Below, in pieces: positions 21,421-30,298 of a DNA stretch of 64,000 bases (positions within the stretch are counted from its first letter, which is position 1; every line of letters starts with the position of its first letter). The notes beneath the pieces were generated by a model. It saw nothing but the letters and a program-made list of their open reading frames with translations, had not been told where the DNA came from and did not search any database. Position numbers and translations under genes: made by a program. This stretch comes from Spirochaetia bacterium (GTDB taxonomy: Bacteria; Spirochaetota; Spirochaetia; SZUA-6; Bin103), in contig CBDBDQ010000005.1 of NCBI GenBank assembly GCA_965203905.1, positions 4,928,001 to 4,992,000 of the forward strand. Direction: 5' to 3'.

Positions 21421-22428
21421 ATGGCAGATGTAGGCACGAGAGACGCACGGGGAGAGTGGCAACCGGACCGCCTGCCCAGGCCCAGCCCCCTCGGCCGTTG
21501 GCCGCTCGAGCCTGCGGAGATCCTCAAGTTCTTCTTCGGTCAACAAGGGCTGCTGAGGTGGCCCAATCTGGTCTACTTGAGCCTCGCGTTGGTCAGCTGG
21601 CTATTCCTCACGCCGAGCATGGAGCGCATGCGGTTGTTCGCGTTCGACTGGATCCTGCTCATCTATCTGCGCAATGTCGCGTTACTGACTCTGGTCGCCG
21701 GTGGCCTGCATCTGCGGCTTTACATCAAGCGGGCGCAGGGCCAGAAGTACAAGTTCTCGAACAGCTGGCTTGCTAAAGACGACAACAAGTTCCTCTTCAA
21801 GAACCAGACCTTGGACAACGTGTTCTGGAGCCTCGCCAGCGGATGCGTGATCTGGTCGGGTTACGAGGTCGTCACACTATGGGCGTACGCCAACAACCTG
21901 CTGCCCTTCGTGGATTTTCGCACACGTCCGGTCTATTGCGTGGCGCTGATGTTCGGTGTTGTGCTCTTCCGTCATGCCCACTTCTACTGGACCCACAGGT
22001 TCACCCACTGGAGGCCGCTGTACAAGGCGGCCCACTACTTACATCACAAGAACATCAATGTCGGACCCTGGTCCGGTCTTTCGATGCATCCGATCGAACA
22101 CATACTGTACCTCTCGGGAATATTCATCCACTGGTTGATTCCCTCGCACCCTCTGCACGCGATCTTCCACATAGTGCACGCGGCCATCAGCCCGGCCAGC
22201 GGGCATTCCGGTTTCTACAAGTACGTCGTTGCTGGTGATGATGAGACCGAGGAAGAGAAGGCGCTGCGGGCCGGCGGCTACTTCCACTACCTGCACCACC
22301 GCTTCTTCACGGTCAACTTTGGGAACGAAGAAGTACCGCTGGACAAGTGGTTCGGCAGCTTCCATGACGGCACACCGGAGGCTCATGCGGCGATGATTTC
22401 CCGTCGCAAAACCAAGCCGAAGAAATAG
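21421..22428 (+). CDS. Sterol desaturase / fatty acid hydroxylase superfamily protein
   Basis: His boxes HFYWTH, HYLHH, HYLHH; WSGLSMHPIEH; DKWFGSFHDG. Confidence 0.88.
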   Translation: MADVGTRDARGEWQPDRLPRPSPLGRWPLEPAEILKFFFGQQGLLRWPNLVYLSLALVSWLFLTPSMERMRLFAFDWILLIYLRNVALLTLVAGGLHLRLYIKRAQGQKYKFSNSWLAKDDNKFLFKNQTLDNVFWSLASGCVIWSGYEVVTLWAYANNLLPFVDFRTRPVYCVALMFGVVLFRHAHFYWTHRFTHWRPLYKAAHYLHHKNINVGPWSGLSMHPIEHILYLSGIFIHWLIPSHPLHAIFHIVHAAISPASGHSGFYKYVVAGDDETEEEKALRAGGYFHYLHHRFFTVNFGNEEVPLDKWFGSFHDGTPEAHAAMISRRKTKPKK

Positions 22429-22569
22429 CGGCGACGCGCAGCCACGGGCTCTATTCCTCACCGTGTTCGACAAACGGGGGCGGCGGGCGTGGACCAATCC
22501 GATCAGCATGTAGGTGGCGCGGATGGTGGCTGAGCTGCAGGCAGAGCTGAACGGGGTGACCTAACGGCT

Positions 22570-22765
22570 TGCGGATGCGCCGGACCTGCTCGACGCAGGT
22601 GGCGTGTGTGAGGTGGCCGCCGCCGACGTCAGCGTGGCTGCCGACTGCGCCGCCGTGGTCGACGCGTGCCGGGAGACCTACGGCCGGATATGATATCCTG
22701 GACAACAGCGTCGGCATCGAGGTGGCCGGCGGCCTGGAGGAGTCCAGCGAAGCAGATTGGGATCG
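22570..22765 (+). pseudogene. Fragment of SDR family oxidoreductase
   Basis: [23 protein letters not shown], then a frameshift to [16 protein letters not shown]. Confidence 0.65.
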
Positions 22766-23676
22766 ATAAAGGCCGTCGACGATGTCAGTTTCGACCTGCA
22801 CAAGGGGGAAACCTTCGGCTTCGTCGGCGAGTCCGGCTGCGGCAAAACGACGTTGGGCCGTTTGCTTTTGCGCGCGATCGATCCGACCTCCGGCTGTACC
22901 TGAATGGCAACGCTCACGAGCTCACTGCAATGCGACAGCGCGAGTTGCGTTCAATCCGCAGGCATATGCAGATGGTTTTCCAGGATCCGTTTTCGTCACT
23001 GAGTCCGCGCATGACGGTCCTCGAGCTCATCGGAGAACCTCTACGGCTCAACGGCGTCGCCTCAGGAGTTGAATTGCAGCGGCGAGTAATGGAGTTGATG
23101 GACGTTGTCGGGCTGAACGTAAACCACGTGAAGCGCTATCCGAATGCCTTTAGCGGCGGCCAGCGGCAGCGAATTGGTATTGCCCGAGCGCTTGCTCTCA
23201 GACCGGAGTTGATTGTCGCAGACGAGCCGGTTTCGGCCCTTGATGTATCGATTCAGGCGCAAATCCTTAACCTGCTGCAAGATCTCCAGGCGCAGTTCAA
23301 TCTCACCTATGTCTTCATCACCCATGATCTCAGCGTTGTTGAGCACATCTCGGACCGAATTGCCGTGATGTATGCCGGAAAGATCGTTGAGCTGGCAACT
23401 AAGGAAGCCCTCTTCAGGAGACCCCGGCACCCGTATACGGCAACGCTGCTCGCAGCCGTCCCGAACCCGGATCCTGATATACCTCCCCAGCAGGTACGTC
23501 TGAGTGGAGAGGTGGCAGATCTGGCGAATCTTCCCCCGGGGTGCGCCTTCCACCCCAGGTGTCCCCATGTGGGCGAACGTTGCCGGTCAGAAGTACCCGC
23601 TTTGGAGCAAACAGCACCGGGACATATGGCTGCGTGCCATTTTGCCAATGAGCTCGACCTACGCGATAGTGGATAA
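22766..23676 (+). pseudogene. OppF/DppF-like ABC ATPase, 5' truncated and frameshifted
   Basis: [18 protein letters not shown] (Walker A) is in a different frame from [23 protein letters not shown] and GCAFHPRC. Confidence 0.85.
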
Positions 23677-23678
23677 TG

Positions 23679-23817
23679 GCATCAGCTTTGGGAGTGACGC
23701 CCATGCGCTGTACGAGGTCGGGGAGTTTCCCCCCACCTGGGGCTGCTTGCCGACATCGGCTTCGACGGCGATTTGACCGACATTCTGCTGCCCAGGGTGT
23801 CGATCCCCGGTTGCTGA
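23679..23817 (+). repeat. Degenerate copy of the 3' end of the phosphoesterase-PHP gene (35873-36012)
   Basis: About 139 nt align directly with a few substitutions and an indel. Confidence 0.9.
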
Positions 23818-23987
23818 AGACGGAAGGACATCCGCCACCGAGGCACGTAGGCACTTCGGCAGTGAACCACGCCGCTCAAGCATCGAATGCTCACCTCGCG
23901 CGCGGTCGTGTCCAATGGCTTCTGCGCACCCGCCTCTTCAGCCGCTGACTGCAACATGGTCGCCGGCGAAGGGGCCTTGCCCTCGCG

Positions 23988-24286
23988 TGAATCGCCTCTT
24001 GCACAATCGTGGCGAGTATGAAAGTATGACGACATGATGCGTCGCGGGACCAGCCCGCTCACCGCTCACCGCTCACCGCTCACCGCTCACCGCTCACCGT
24101 TCACTAGCCGCGCCGTTCCGACAGCTCGGCAGCGATGCTGAGCGCGGCACCATCGTTCGATCCGTCCCCACCGGCCGCCTACGACGGCCGCTTACGCACT
24201 CTTCACCAGCCACCCGAGCCGGCGTTGCCGGCCGAACCCAAAGAAACGGGCAACGGTACACCCGACCCTAAAAGAGGAGGACCCCT
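23988..24286 (+). promoter_or_regulatory. Promoter plus structured 5' leader, copy 2
   Basis: TTGCAC at 23999; hairpins at 24124-24143, 24172-24190, 24218-24232 and 24247-24264; GAGGAGG RBS. Confidence 0.65.
24057..24105 (+). repeat. Heptamer tandem repeat (GCTCACC)x6 + GTTCACT
   Basis: Read directly; the paralogous leader has 2 units + GCTCACT at 11440-11460. Confidence 0.95.
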
Positions 24287-26053
24287 ATGGTCCGATCAAT
24301 CTCACTGACACTGGCGTTCGCGCTGGTGGCAACCCTTGCGTTCGCCGCCGGCGAGAGCGAGGAGGCTGCCACTACCGAGAAGGAGATGGTGCTCGACCCC
24401 ACCACCGGCGAGATGGTCACCGCGCCCGAGTATGGCGGGACCCTCACCTACGGCCGGACCGGAACCGGTGAGCACGGCGACTCCTTCTTCAACAGCGGCT
24501 GGTCCCACCACTTCGCCGGCGTGGTCACCGAGATGCTCGCTATCGGGGACTGGGCGGTCGACAGGAGTGAGCACAACCTTCGCCCCAGACCCTTCCCCCT
24601 GTCTCTCCTGCGAGGACAGTTGGCGGAGAGCTGGGAAACGCCCGACGACACCACGATCATCGTCAAGGTCCGCTCGGGAGTTCACTGGCACGACAAGGCG
24701 CCGATGAACGGTCGCGAGCTCACCGCCAGCGATGTCGAGTTCAACTATCATCGGCTGCTGGGGATCGGCAGCGGCTTCACCGAAGCCTCGGCGCACGTAG
24801 CTCAGCTGCCCAAGATCGAATCCGTGACGGCCACCGACGCATCGACGGTGGTCTTCAAGCTGGCCGAGCCAGACCTCTTCGGGCTGAGGAGGATACTCAA
24901 CCAGTGGATTGTCGGGATCTACCCACCGGAGGTGATCCGGCAGCACGGCGACGTCCAGGATTGGAGGAACCTGGTTGGCACCGGGCCAATGGAGTTGACG
25001 GACTTCGTCGAGGGCAGCTCCATCACGTGGACCAAGAACCCCAACTACTGGGGGTTCGACGAGAAGTTCCCGGAGAACCGCCTGCCGTACGTCGACGAGA
25101 TTGTCACCCTGATCATGCCGGATGCGGCGGCGCGGATCGCTGCCCTGCGCTCTGGTCAACTCGACATGCTGGGGACTGTTGGCGACAGTCAGTTGAGGTC
25201 GATCGACCAGGTCGAGAGCCTGAGAAGGACCGATCCCGACATCAACATGTGGGAGCGCGTCTCTCGCTCCGACAACGCATTCCGTTTCATCACCGTGAGC
25301 AGGCCCCCGTTCGATGACATCCGCGTACGCCGGGCCATGCAGTTGGCTCTGGATCTGGAGACAATCGCCAGCACCTACTTCAAGGGGTTCGCGGACCCGA
25401 GGCCGCATGGAGTCATTCACAACGATGTGTCGCTCGGTACGCCGTTCGACCAGTGGCCGGAGGAGGTCAGGCAGTACTACCGCTACGACCCGGAACTGGC
25501 GAAGCAGCTTCTGGCCGAGGCGGGCTATCCCGATGGCTTCAAGACCACGTTGGATTACTTCGAACGCTACGATGCGAACTGGGCAGAGCTCGCCATTGGC
25601 TACTGGGCTGAGATTGGCGTGGAGGTCGAGATGACCGTTCACGACACCGCGGCGTTCATTGCCGCCCAAGCCGAGCACACCACAGAGGGACTCGCAGCCG
25701 GCGAGAACGCTGGCGTGGGTCATGATGTCGGCGCCATTAACTGGTATTACCACTCGAAGTCCCGCTACAACGCGGGGGGATTGGGGCTCAACGACCCGCA
25801 CATGGACGAGCTGATCGACGGCGCAAAGGCAGCCACGACGCTGGAGGAGCGGAATCGGCTCACCAGAGAGGCAAATCTATACGCCTTGGGCCTGCACTTT
25901 CACATCACGGCTCCGGTCAGCCCGCAGTTCAACGTGGCCCAGCCCTGGATCAAGGGCTACAATGGGGAGGTCTCGATCGGCACGGCACAATTCACCACGA
26001 TTCTTGCCCGTCTCTGGATCGACCAGGATCTGAAGCGGGAGCTTGGATTCTGA
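24287..26053 (+). CDS. ABC transporter substrate-binding protein, family 5
   Basis: Signal peptide, YGGTL, LAESWE, VGTGP, RLPYVD, PFDDIRVRRAM, LLAEAGYPDGF. Confidence 0.92.
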   Translation: MVRSISLTLAFALVATLAFAAGESEEAATTEKEMVLDPTTGEMVTAPEYGGTLTYGRTGTGEHGDSFFNSGWSHHFAGVVTEMLAIGDWAVDRSEHNLRPRPFPLSLLRGQLAESWETPDDTTIIVKVRSGVHWHDKAPMNGRELTASDVEFNYHRLLGIGSGFTEASAHVAQLPKIESVTATDASTVVFKLAEPDLFGLRRILNQWIVGIYPPEVIRQHGDVQDWRNLVGTGPMELTDFVEGSSITWTKNPNYWGFDEKFPENRLPYVDEIVTLIMPDAAARIAALRSGQLDMLGTVGDSQLRSIDQVESLRRTDPDINMWERVSRSDNAFRFITVSRPPFDDIRVRRAMQLALDLETIASTYFKGFADPRPHGVIHNDVSLGTPFDQWPEEVRQYYRYDPELAKQLLAEAGYPDGFKTTLDYFERYDANWAELAIGYWAEIGVEVEMTVHDTAAFIAAQAEHTTEGLAAGENAGVGHDVGAINWYYHSKSRYNAGGLGLNDPHMDELIDGAKAATTLEERNRLTREANLYALGLHFHITAPVSPQFNVAQPWIKGYNGEVSIGTAQFTTILARLWIDQDLKRELGF

Positions 26054-26081
26054 ATCAGTCGCCCCACGGCGATTGAACGGG

Positions 26082-26105
26082 GCCCGCCTGAGGGCGGGCT
26101 TCTTT
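26082..26105 (+). terminator. Terminator-like hairpin after SBP
   Basis: GCCCGCC-TGAG-GGCGGGC followed by TTCTTT. Confidence 0.6.
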
Positions 26106-26165
26106 GCCACATGACGGAGTGGGATGGTGGCGTGTGCTGCCGTCCCACTTTCCCGGCACTCTGCA

Positions 26166-27137
26166 ATGCGAACCTACGTTATCCGACGCGTCCTGCTGCT
26201 GGTCCCGACGTTCCTCCTGTTGACGGTGCTGGTGTTTCTGTCGGTGCGCTTTCTTCCCGGGGATGCCGTCGACGTCATGATGGCACGCCTGGCGGCTATG
26301 GAAGGCGCTTCGGGGACGGTGGACTTCGACCGCGAGCGGGTCGTGCGGATGCTGGGACTGGATGTGCCGGCGCACGTGCAATACGTCCGCTGGCTGGGCG
26401 GCATCTTCTTGCGCGGCACCCTGGGTGACTCACTCTTCGGTGGATATACCGTCGAGGAGAAGATCATCGACCGGCTGCCGATCACCGTCGAGCTCGGCGT
26501 CCTCGCCATACTCATCGGGGTGGTCATCGCCGTCCCGGTAGGCATCTACTCGGCGGTGCGGCAGGACACGGCGGCCGACTACGCCGGCCGCTCCATCGCC
26601 ATCATCGGCCTGGCCACACCCAACTTCTGGCTGGGCACCCTGGTGCTGACCTTTCCCGCCATCTGGTGGGCGTGGGCGCCGCCGCTGCGCATGGTGGCCT
26701 TCGTCGATGATCCGCTCCGCAACCTCGGCCACATGTTCATTCCCAGCCTCATACTGGGCACCTACCTCTCGGCAACCGTGATGCGCATGACGCGGACGAT
26801 GATGCTGGAGGTACTCCGCCAGGACTACATCCGCACCGCCTGGGCGAAGGGACTGAAGGAACGGGTGATCATCCTCCGGCACGTCATCAAGAATGCGCTG
26901 ATCCCGGTGGTAACGCTGGTCGGATTGCAGCTGCCGATCCTGGTCGGCGGCTCGGTGATCATGGAGAACATGTTCGCCCTGCCTGGGCTGGGGCGGCTGA
27001 TGCTCGAGGCGCTCTCCGCGCGCGACTACCCGGTGGTGTCGGGCATCAATCTGTTCTTCGCCACCGCGGTCATGACGATCAACCTGTTGATCGACATTCT
27101 CTACGGCTACCTGGACCCACGGGTGCAGTACCGTTAG
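26166..27137 (+). CDS. Opp/Dpp-type ABC permease (DppB-like)
   Basis: LPGDAV, ATPNFWLG, DYIRTAWAKGL, RDYPVV, DPRVQY. Confidence 0.92.
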   Translation: MRTYVIRRVLLLVPTFLLLTVLVFLSVRFLPGDAVDVMMARLAAMEGASGTVDFDRERVVRMLGLDVPAHVQYVRWLGGIFLRGTLGDSLFGGYTVEEKIIDRLPITVELGVLAILIGVVIAVPVGIYSAVRQDTAADYAGRSIAIIGLATPNFWLGTLVLTFPAIWWAWAPPLRMVAFVDDPLRNLGHMFIPSLILGTYLSATVMRMTRTMMLEVLRQDYIRTAWAKGLKERVIILRHVIKNALIPVVTLVGLQLPILVGGSVIMENMFALPGLGRLMLEALSARDYPVVSGINLFFATAVMTINLLIDILYGYLDPRVQYR

Positions 27138-27171
27138 GAGGCTGGCGCGTGCGACAGACTCCTGGCCATTG

Positions 27172-28143
27172 ATGAGCGATCCATCCAGACCCCAATCCAA
27201 ACCGCGGCCGTTTCTGTTCGACCTGGCGCGGAGGCTGCTCAAGGAGCGTCCGCTGGGGGCGGGGAGCGCGGTGGTGGTGGTGCTGCTGGCGGTGATCGCC
27301 ATCTTCGCCGACGTTCTGGCCCCCTTTCCGTTCGCCGAGATGCACCTGGTCGACCGGCTGGGCGACCCGTCGCGCACCTACCTGCTCGGCACCGACCAGC
27401 TGGGCCGCGACGTGCTGAGCCGGCTGGTATACGGCGCCCGCATCTCGCTTGGAGTAGGCGTCGCTGCGACGCTGCTGAGCACGCTGGTGTCGTTGCTGGT
27501 CGGCGGCGTGGCCGGCTACGTGGGCGGCAAGCTGGACATTCTCGTGCAGCGCTTCGTCGACGCCTGGATGTCGTTCCCCGGCCTGTTGCTGCTGCTGACC
27601 ATCATCGCCATCGTCGGCCAGGGCATTCTGCAGATCATCGTCGTGCTCGGGGTTACCTCCGGCATCGGCAATTCGCGTGTGATCCGCAGCGCGGTGATCG
27701 GCATCAAGGAGAACCCCTATTTCGAGGCCGCGCGCGCGATCGGCAGCACTCGCTGGCACATCCTGCGGCGCCACGTGTGGCCCAACATCACCGCGCCGGT
27801 GATCGTCGTGTTCTCGATCACGATCGGCGGCATCATCATCGCCGAGGCGTCCTTGAGCTTCCTGGGCTTCGGGTTGCCGACCACGGTGCCGAGCTGGGGT
27901 GGCATGCTGAGCCGCGAGGGGCGCCAGTTCATGGAGATGGCGCCGCGGCTGGCGATGTGGCCCGGCGTGGCTCTCACGGTCGTGGTGTACTGCCTCAACA
28001 TGTTCGGCGATGCGGTCCGCGACCTCCTCGACCCGCGGCTGCGGGGCGGCGGCGGGGGAGGGGCAGGCCTGGGCGGCGGCATGGGCGAACGGGCCGCCAA
28101 GGGCGCCCGCCGCGCCCTGGAGAAGGCCGCGCGGTCCGCCTGA
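27172..28143 (+). CDS. Opp/Dpp-type ABC permease (DppC-like)
   Basis: LGTDQLGRD, EAARAIG, EASLSFLGFG, GDAVRDLLDPR. Confidence 0.92.
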   Translation: MSDPSRPQSKPRPFLFDLARRLLKERPLGAGSAVVVVLLAVIAIFADVLAPFPFAEMHLVDRLGDPSRTYLLGTDQLGRDVLSRLVYGARISLGVGVAATLLSTLVSLLVGGVAGYVGGKLDILVQRFVDAWMSFPGLLLLLTIIAIVGQGILQIIVVLGVTSGIGNSRVIRSAVIGIKENPYFEAARAIGSTRWHILRRHVWPNITAPVIVVFSITIGGIIIAEASLSFLGFGLPTTVPSWGGMLSREGRQFMEMAPRLAMWPGVALTVVVYCLNMFGDAVRDLLDPRLRGGGGGGAGLGGGMGERAAKGARRALEKAARSA

Positions 28144-28213
28144 AGTTCCCCAGGGAACGAGCTGTGGCCGCCATCGAGGGATCGACCGAGTACTACCGCT
28201 GGCCGGACTGACG
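28102..28213 (+). repeat. 112-bp direct repeat, copy 1 (copy 2 at 29924-30035)
   Basis: Direct alignment with about 3 mismatches; includes the last codons and stop of the permease. Confidence 0.92.
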
Positions 28214-28429
28214 CAATCCGACCCTGGAAACGGTTCTCAGGGTCATCGGAGCACCCACTTCGCCGCTGAGGCTTACCAAGCGCGAGGCAGGCAGCGACTG
28301 CTCATCTACCGGCGGCATCAAGCGCGTCCGCGCGCTGCTCCAGAACGAACTCCTCGGCAACACCTCCAGCCACCACTGGCGCCAGCGCCTCAGCGTACGC
28401 CGGCTCAACGTCGGCGCCTGCAACTCCTT

Positions 28430-28704
28430 GCGCACCCAGCGAATTACCTTACGGTGCTTGCCGCTCTCGCGCTTGATCGCCCTGATCGACCGATTCATCC
28501 TCAAGCGTCGGACGATATCCAGTAGTTCCATCGTCGCTGTCCTCCTGGCCATCTGACCTCCCTCACGCGGTTCGTTGTTTGCACGCCACGCGCCGTGCAC
28601 CGTGAGGGGGGCCTCTTGGATGCCGAGGAGGCGGGTCACTTTGAGTGCCGACCCCTGGGTCCCTAAAGTCGCCGAGGGTGGGTCACTAACGCCGCCGGTT
28701 TGCA
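28430..28704 (-). mobile_element. IS21-family remnant: left end and 5' part of istA
   Basis: Minus strand begins TGCAAACCGGCG with three G(T/G)GACCC-type repeats; ORF from 28552 MARRTATMELLDIVRRLRMNRSIRAIKRESGKHRKVIRW resembles the IstA HTH. Confidence 0.7.
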
Positions 28705-28779
28705 ACGCCCCGGTCCGGGGGCATCCGCGGGCTTGCGGTGCACGGGACGCGGCGTGGCGTCCCGAGGCCGAGCGTGACG

Positions 28780-28808
28780 TTGACACCGGCGCTGGCGAGG
28801 GCTACGTT
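28780..28808 (+). promoter_or_regulatory. Sigma70 promoter of rpn gene
   Basis: TTGACA-17 nt-TACGTT. Confidence 0.7.
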
Positions 28809-28823
28809 CGGCGCCGGGTCTTC

Positions 28824-29822
28824 ATGGCCGACCAGCGGGCAGAGCAACCGGACACCGGCGAGCCGGAGGAGGCGGTCAGCCAGCCGCACGACAAGTACTT
28901 CTACGGCGTGTTCTCGAACGAGCGGGACGCCGCCAGCCTGCTGCGCACCTGCGTGCCGCAGCCGCTCGCCGACACCTTGCGGTGGCCGACGCTCACGGTG
29001 CTGCCGGGGCGTTTCGTGCGGGACGACTGGCGCGGCAACGAGGCGGATCTGGTGTTCTCGGTGGAGCGGGAGGGGAGCGACACGCCGGTGCTGGTGTACG
29101 TGCTGCTGGAGCATCAGTCGACGCCGGACCAGTGGCTGCGGTTGCGACTGCTGGGGTACTGCGTGCAGGTCTGGCTGAGGTGGCAGCGGCAGCACGAGGA
29201 CGAGGAACGGTTGCCGTTGCTGGTGCCGCTGGTATTCTATCAGGGGGCTCGGCGGTGGGAGTACGCGCGGGAGTTCGCGGACCTAGTCACGGACGCGGAG
29301 CCACAGTGGCGCTGGGTGCCGAGGTTCGAGCATCTGCTGATCGACCAGACCGAGCAGGGCGCGGAGTCGGTGACGGGCGCGGTGGCGGCGCGGCTGCTGC
29401 AGATCGCGATGATGGCGACGTTTCGGGACCCACCGGGGGAGTTGCTGGAACGGGCGACGCGGTTGATCGGCGAGTTGTACCGGGCCGTCGGGTTCGAGGA
29501 AGTGGCCAAGCACGTGGAGTACGTGCTCGCGACGCAGCCGGAGGAGCACCGGAAGCTGTTTTCGAAGGCATTGCGGAGGAACGTGCCGGGGCGCGGAGGA
29601 GAGCTGATGAATTACGTGGAGGAATTGATCGAGCAAGGCCGCCAGGAAGGCCGCCGCGAAGGCGAGCTGAGAGGCCGCCGCGAAGGCGAGCTGAAGGGAC
29701 AGGTGCGGGCTATCGAGGGGTTCGTGGCGCGGGACATACCATGGTCCACCATCGAAGCGGCCACGGGAATCGACGAGGCCACGTTCCGGCGCCTCAGACA
29801 GCGCATCGCCGACGCAGACTGA
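28824..29822 (+). CDS. Rpn family recombination-promoting nuclease/putative transposase (YhgA-like, PD-(D/E)XK)
   Basis: PHDKYF, ADLVFSV, YVLLEHQS, PLVFYQG, C-terminal EGRREG repeats. Confidence 0.9.
   Translation: MADQRAEQPDTGEPEEAVSQPHDKYFYGVFSNERDAASLLRTCVPQPLADTLRWPTLTVLPGRFVRDDWRGNEADLVFSVEREGSDTPVLVYVLLEHQSTPDQWLRLRLLGYCVQVWLRWQRQHEDEERLPLLVPLVFYQGARRWEYAREFADLVTDAEPQWRWVPRFEHLLIDQTEQGAESVTGAVAARLLQIAMMATFRDPPGELLERATRLIGELYRAVGFEEVAKHVEYVLATQPEEHRKLFSKALRRNVPGRGGELMNYVEELIEQGRQEGRREGELRGRREGELKGQVRAIEGFVARDIPWSTIEAATGIDEATFRRLRQRIADAD
29607..29822 (+). CDS. Putative intragenic small Rpn (Rpn-S antitoxin), in frame within rpn
   Basis: GGAGGA at 29595-29600, 6-nt spacer, ATG at 29607; 71 aa. 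Confidence 0.6.
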   Translation: MNYVEELIEQGRQEGRREGELRGRREGELKGQVRAIEGFVARDIPWSTIEAATGIDEATFRRLRQRIADAD

Positions 29823-29923
29823 AGTCCGCTCCTGACCATCGCCTTCAGACGAGGACCTGTCGCAGCGCGGCCGCTCATGAGCGTGCCCCATGCCACCCCG
29901 CCCGCTGGACCGGCGGGTGCCGC

Positions 29924-30035
29924 GGCGCCCGCCGCAGCCTGGAGAAGGCCGCGCGGTCCGCCTGAAGTTCCCCAGGGAACGAGCTGTGGCCGCCATCGAG
30001 GGATCTACCGAGTACTACCGCTGGCCGGACTGACG
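29924..30035 (+). repeat. 112-bp direct repeat, copy 2
   Basis: Aligns to 28102-28213. Confidence 0.92.
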
Positions 30036-30056
30036 GCGGTGGGCTGGTTTGTCAGA

Positions 30057-30150
30057 GCAGCTATTCTTCGCCCGCGGGAATGATCGGCAGGACCACACAT
30101 GACGGAAGGCCGGTGCTGGTGTGCACGGTGTTGGCCGTGACCATCCGCGC
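30057..30150 (-). pseudogene. Degenerate copy of the 3' end of the CocE/NonD gene (about 41323-41416)
   Basis: GCTATTC.TCGCCCG.GGGAATGATCGGCA.GACCACAC.TGACGGAA..CGG.TGCTGGTGTGCACGGTGTTG shared. Confidence 0.8.
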
Positions 30151-30298
30151 GCTGGCCCGCCCTCAACTCCGTCTCACCCGGTTTGAGCAGCGAATACCAC
30201 CACGGCTGGGCCACTCGCGGTGCTCGCGGTGCTTCACACTCGTTCGGGTTCTCGATATGCTGTTTCCGATCGATTCCTATCACTCGAGGAGGATAACG

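Noticed and set aside
24057-24105. CRISPR array
   Set aside because: Contiguous 7-nt tandem units with no spacers, and no cas genes in the window
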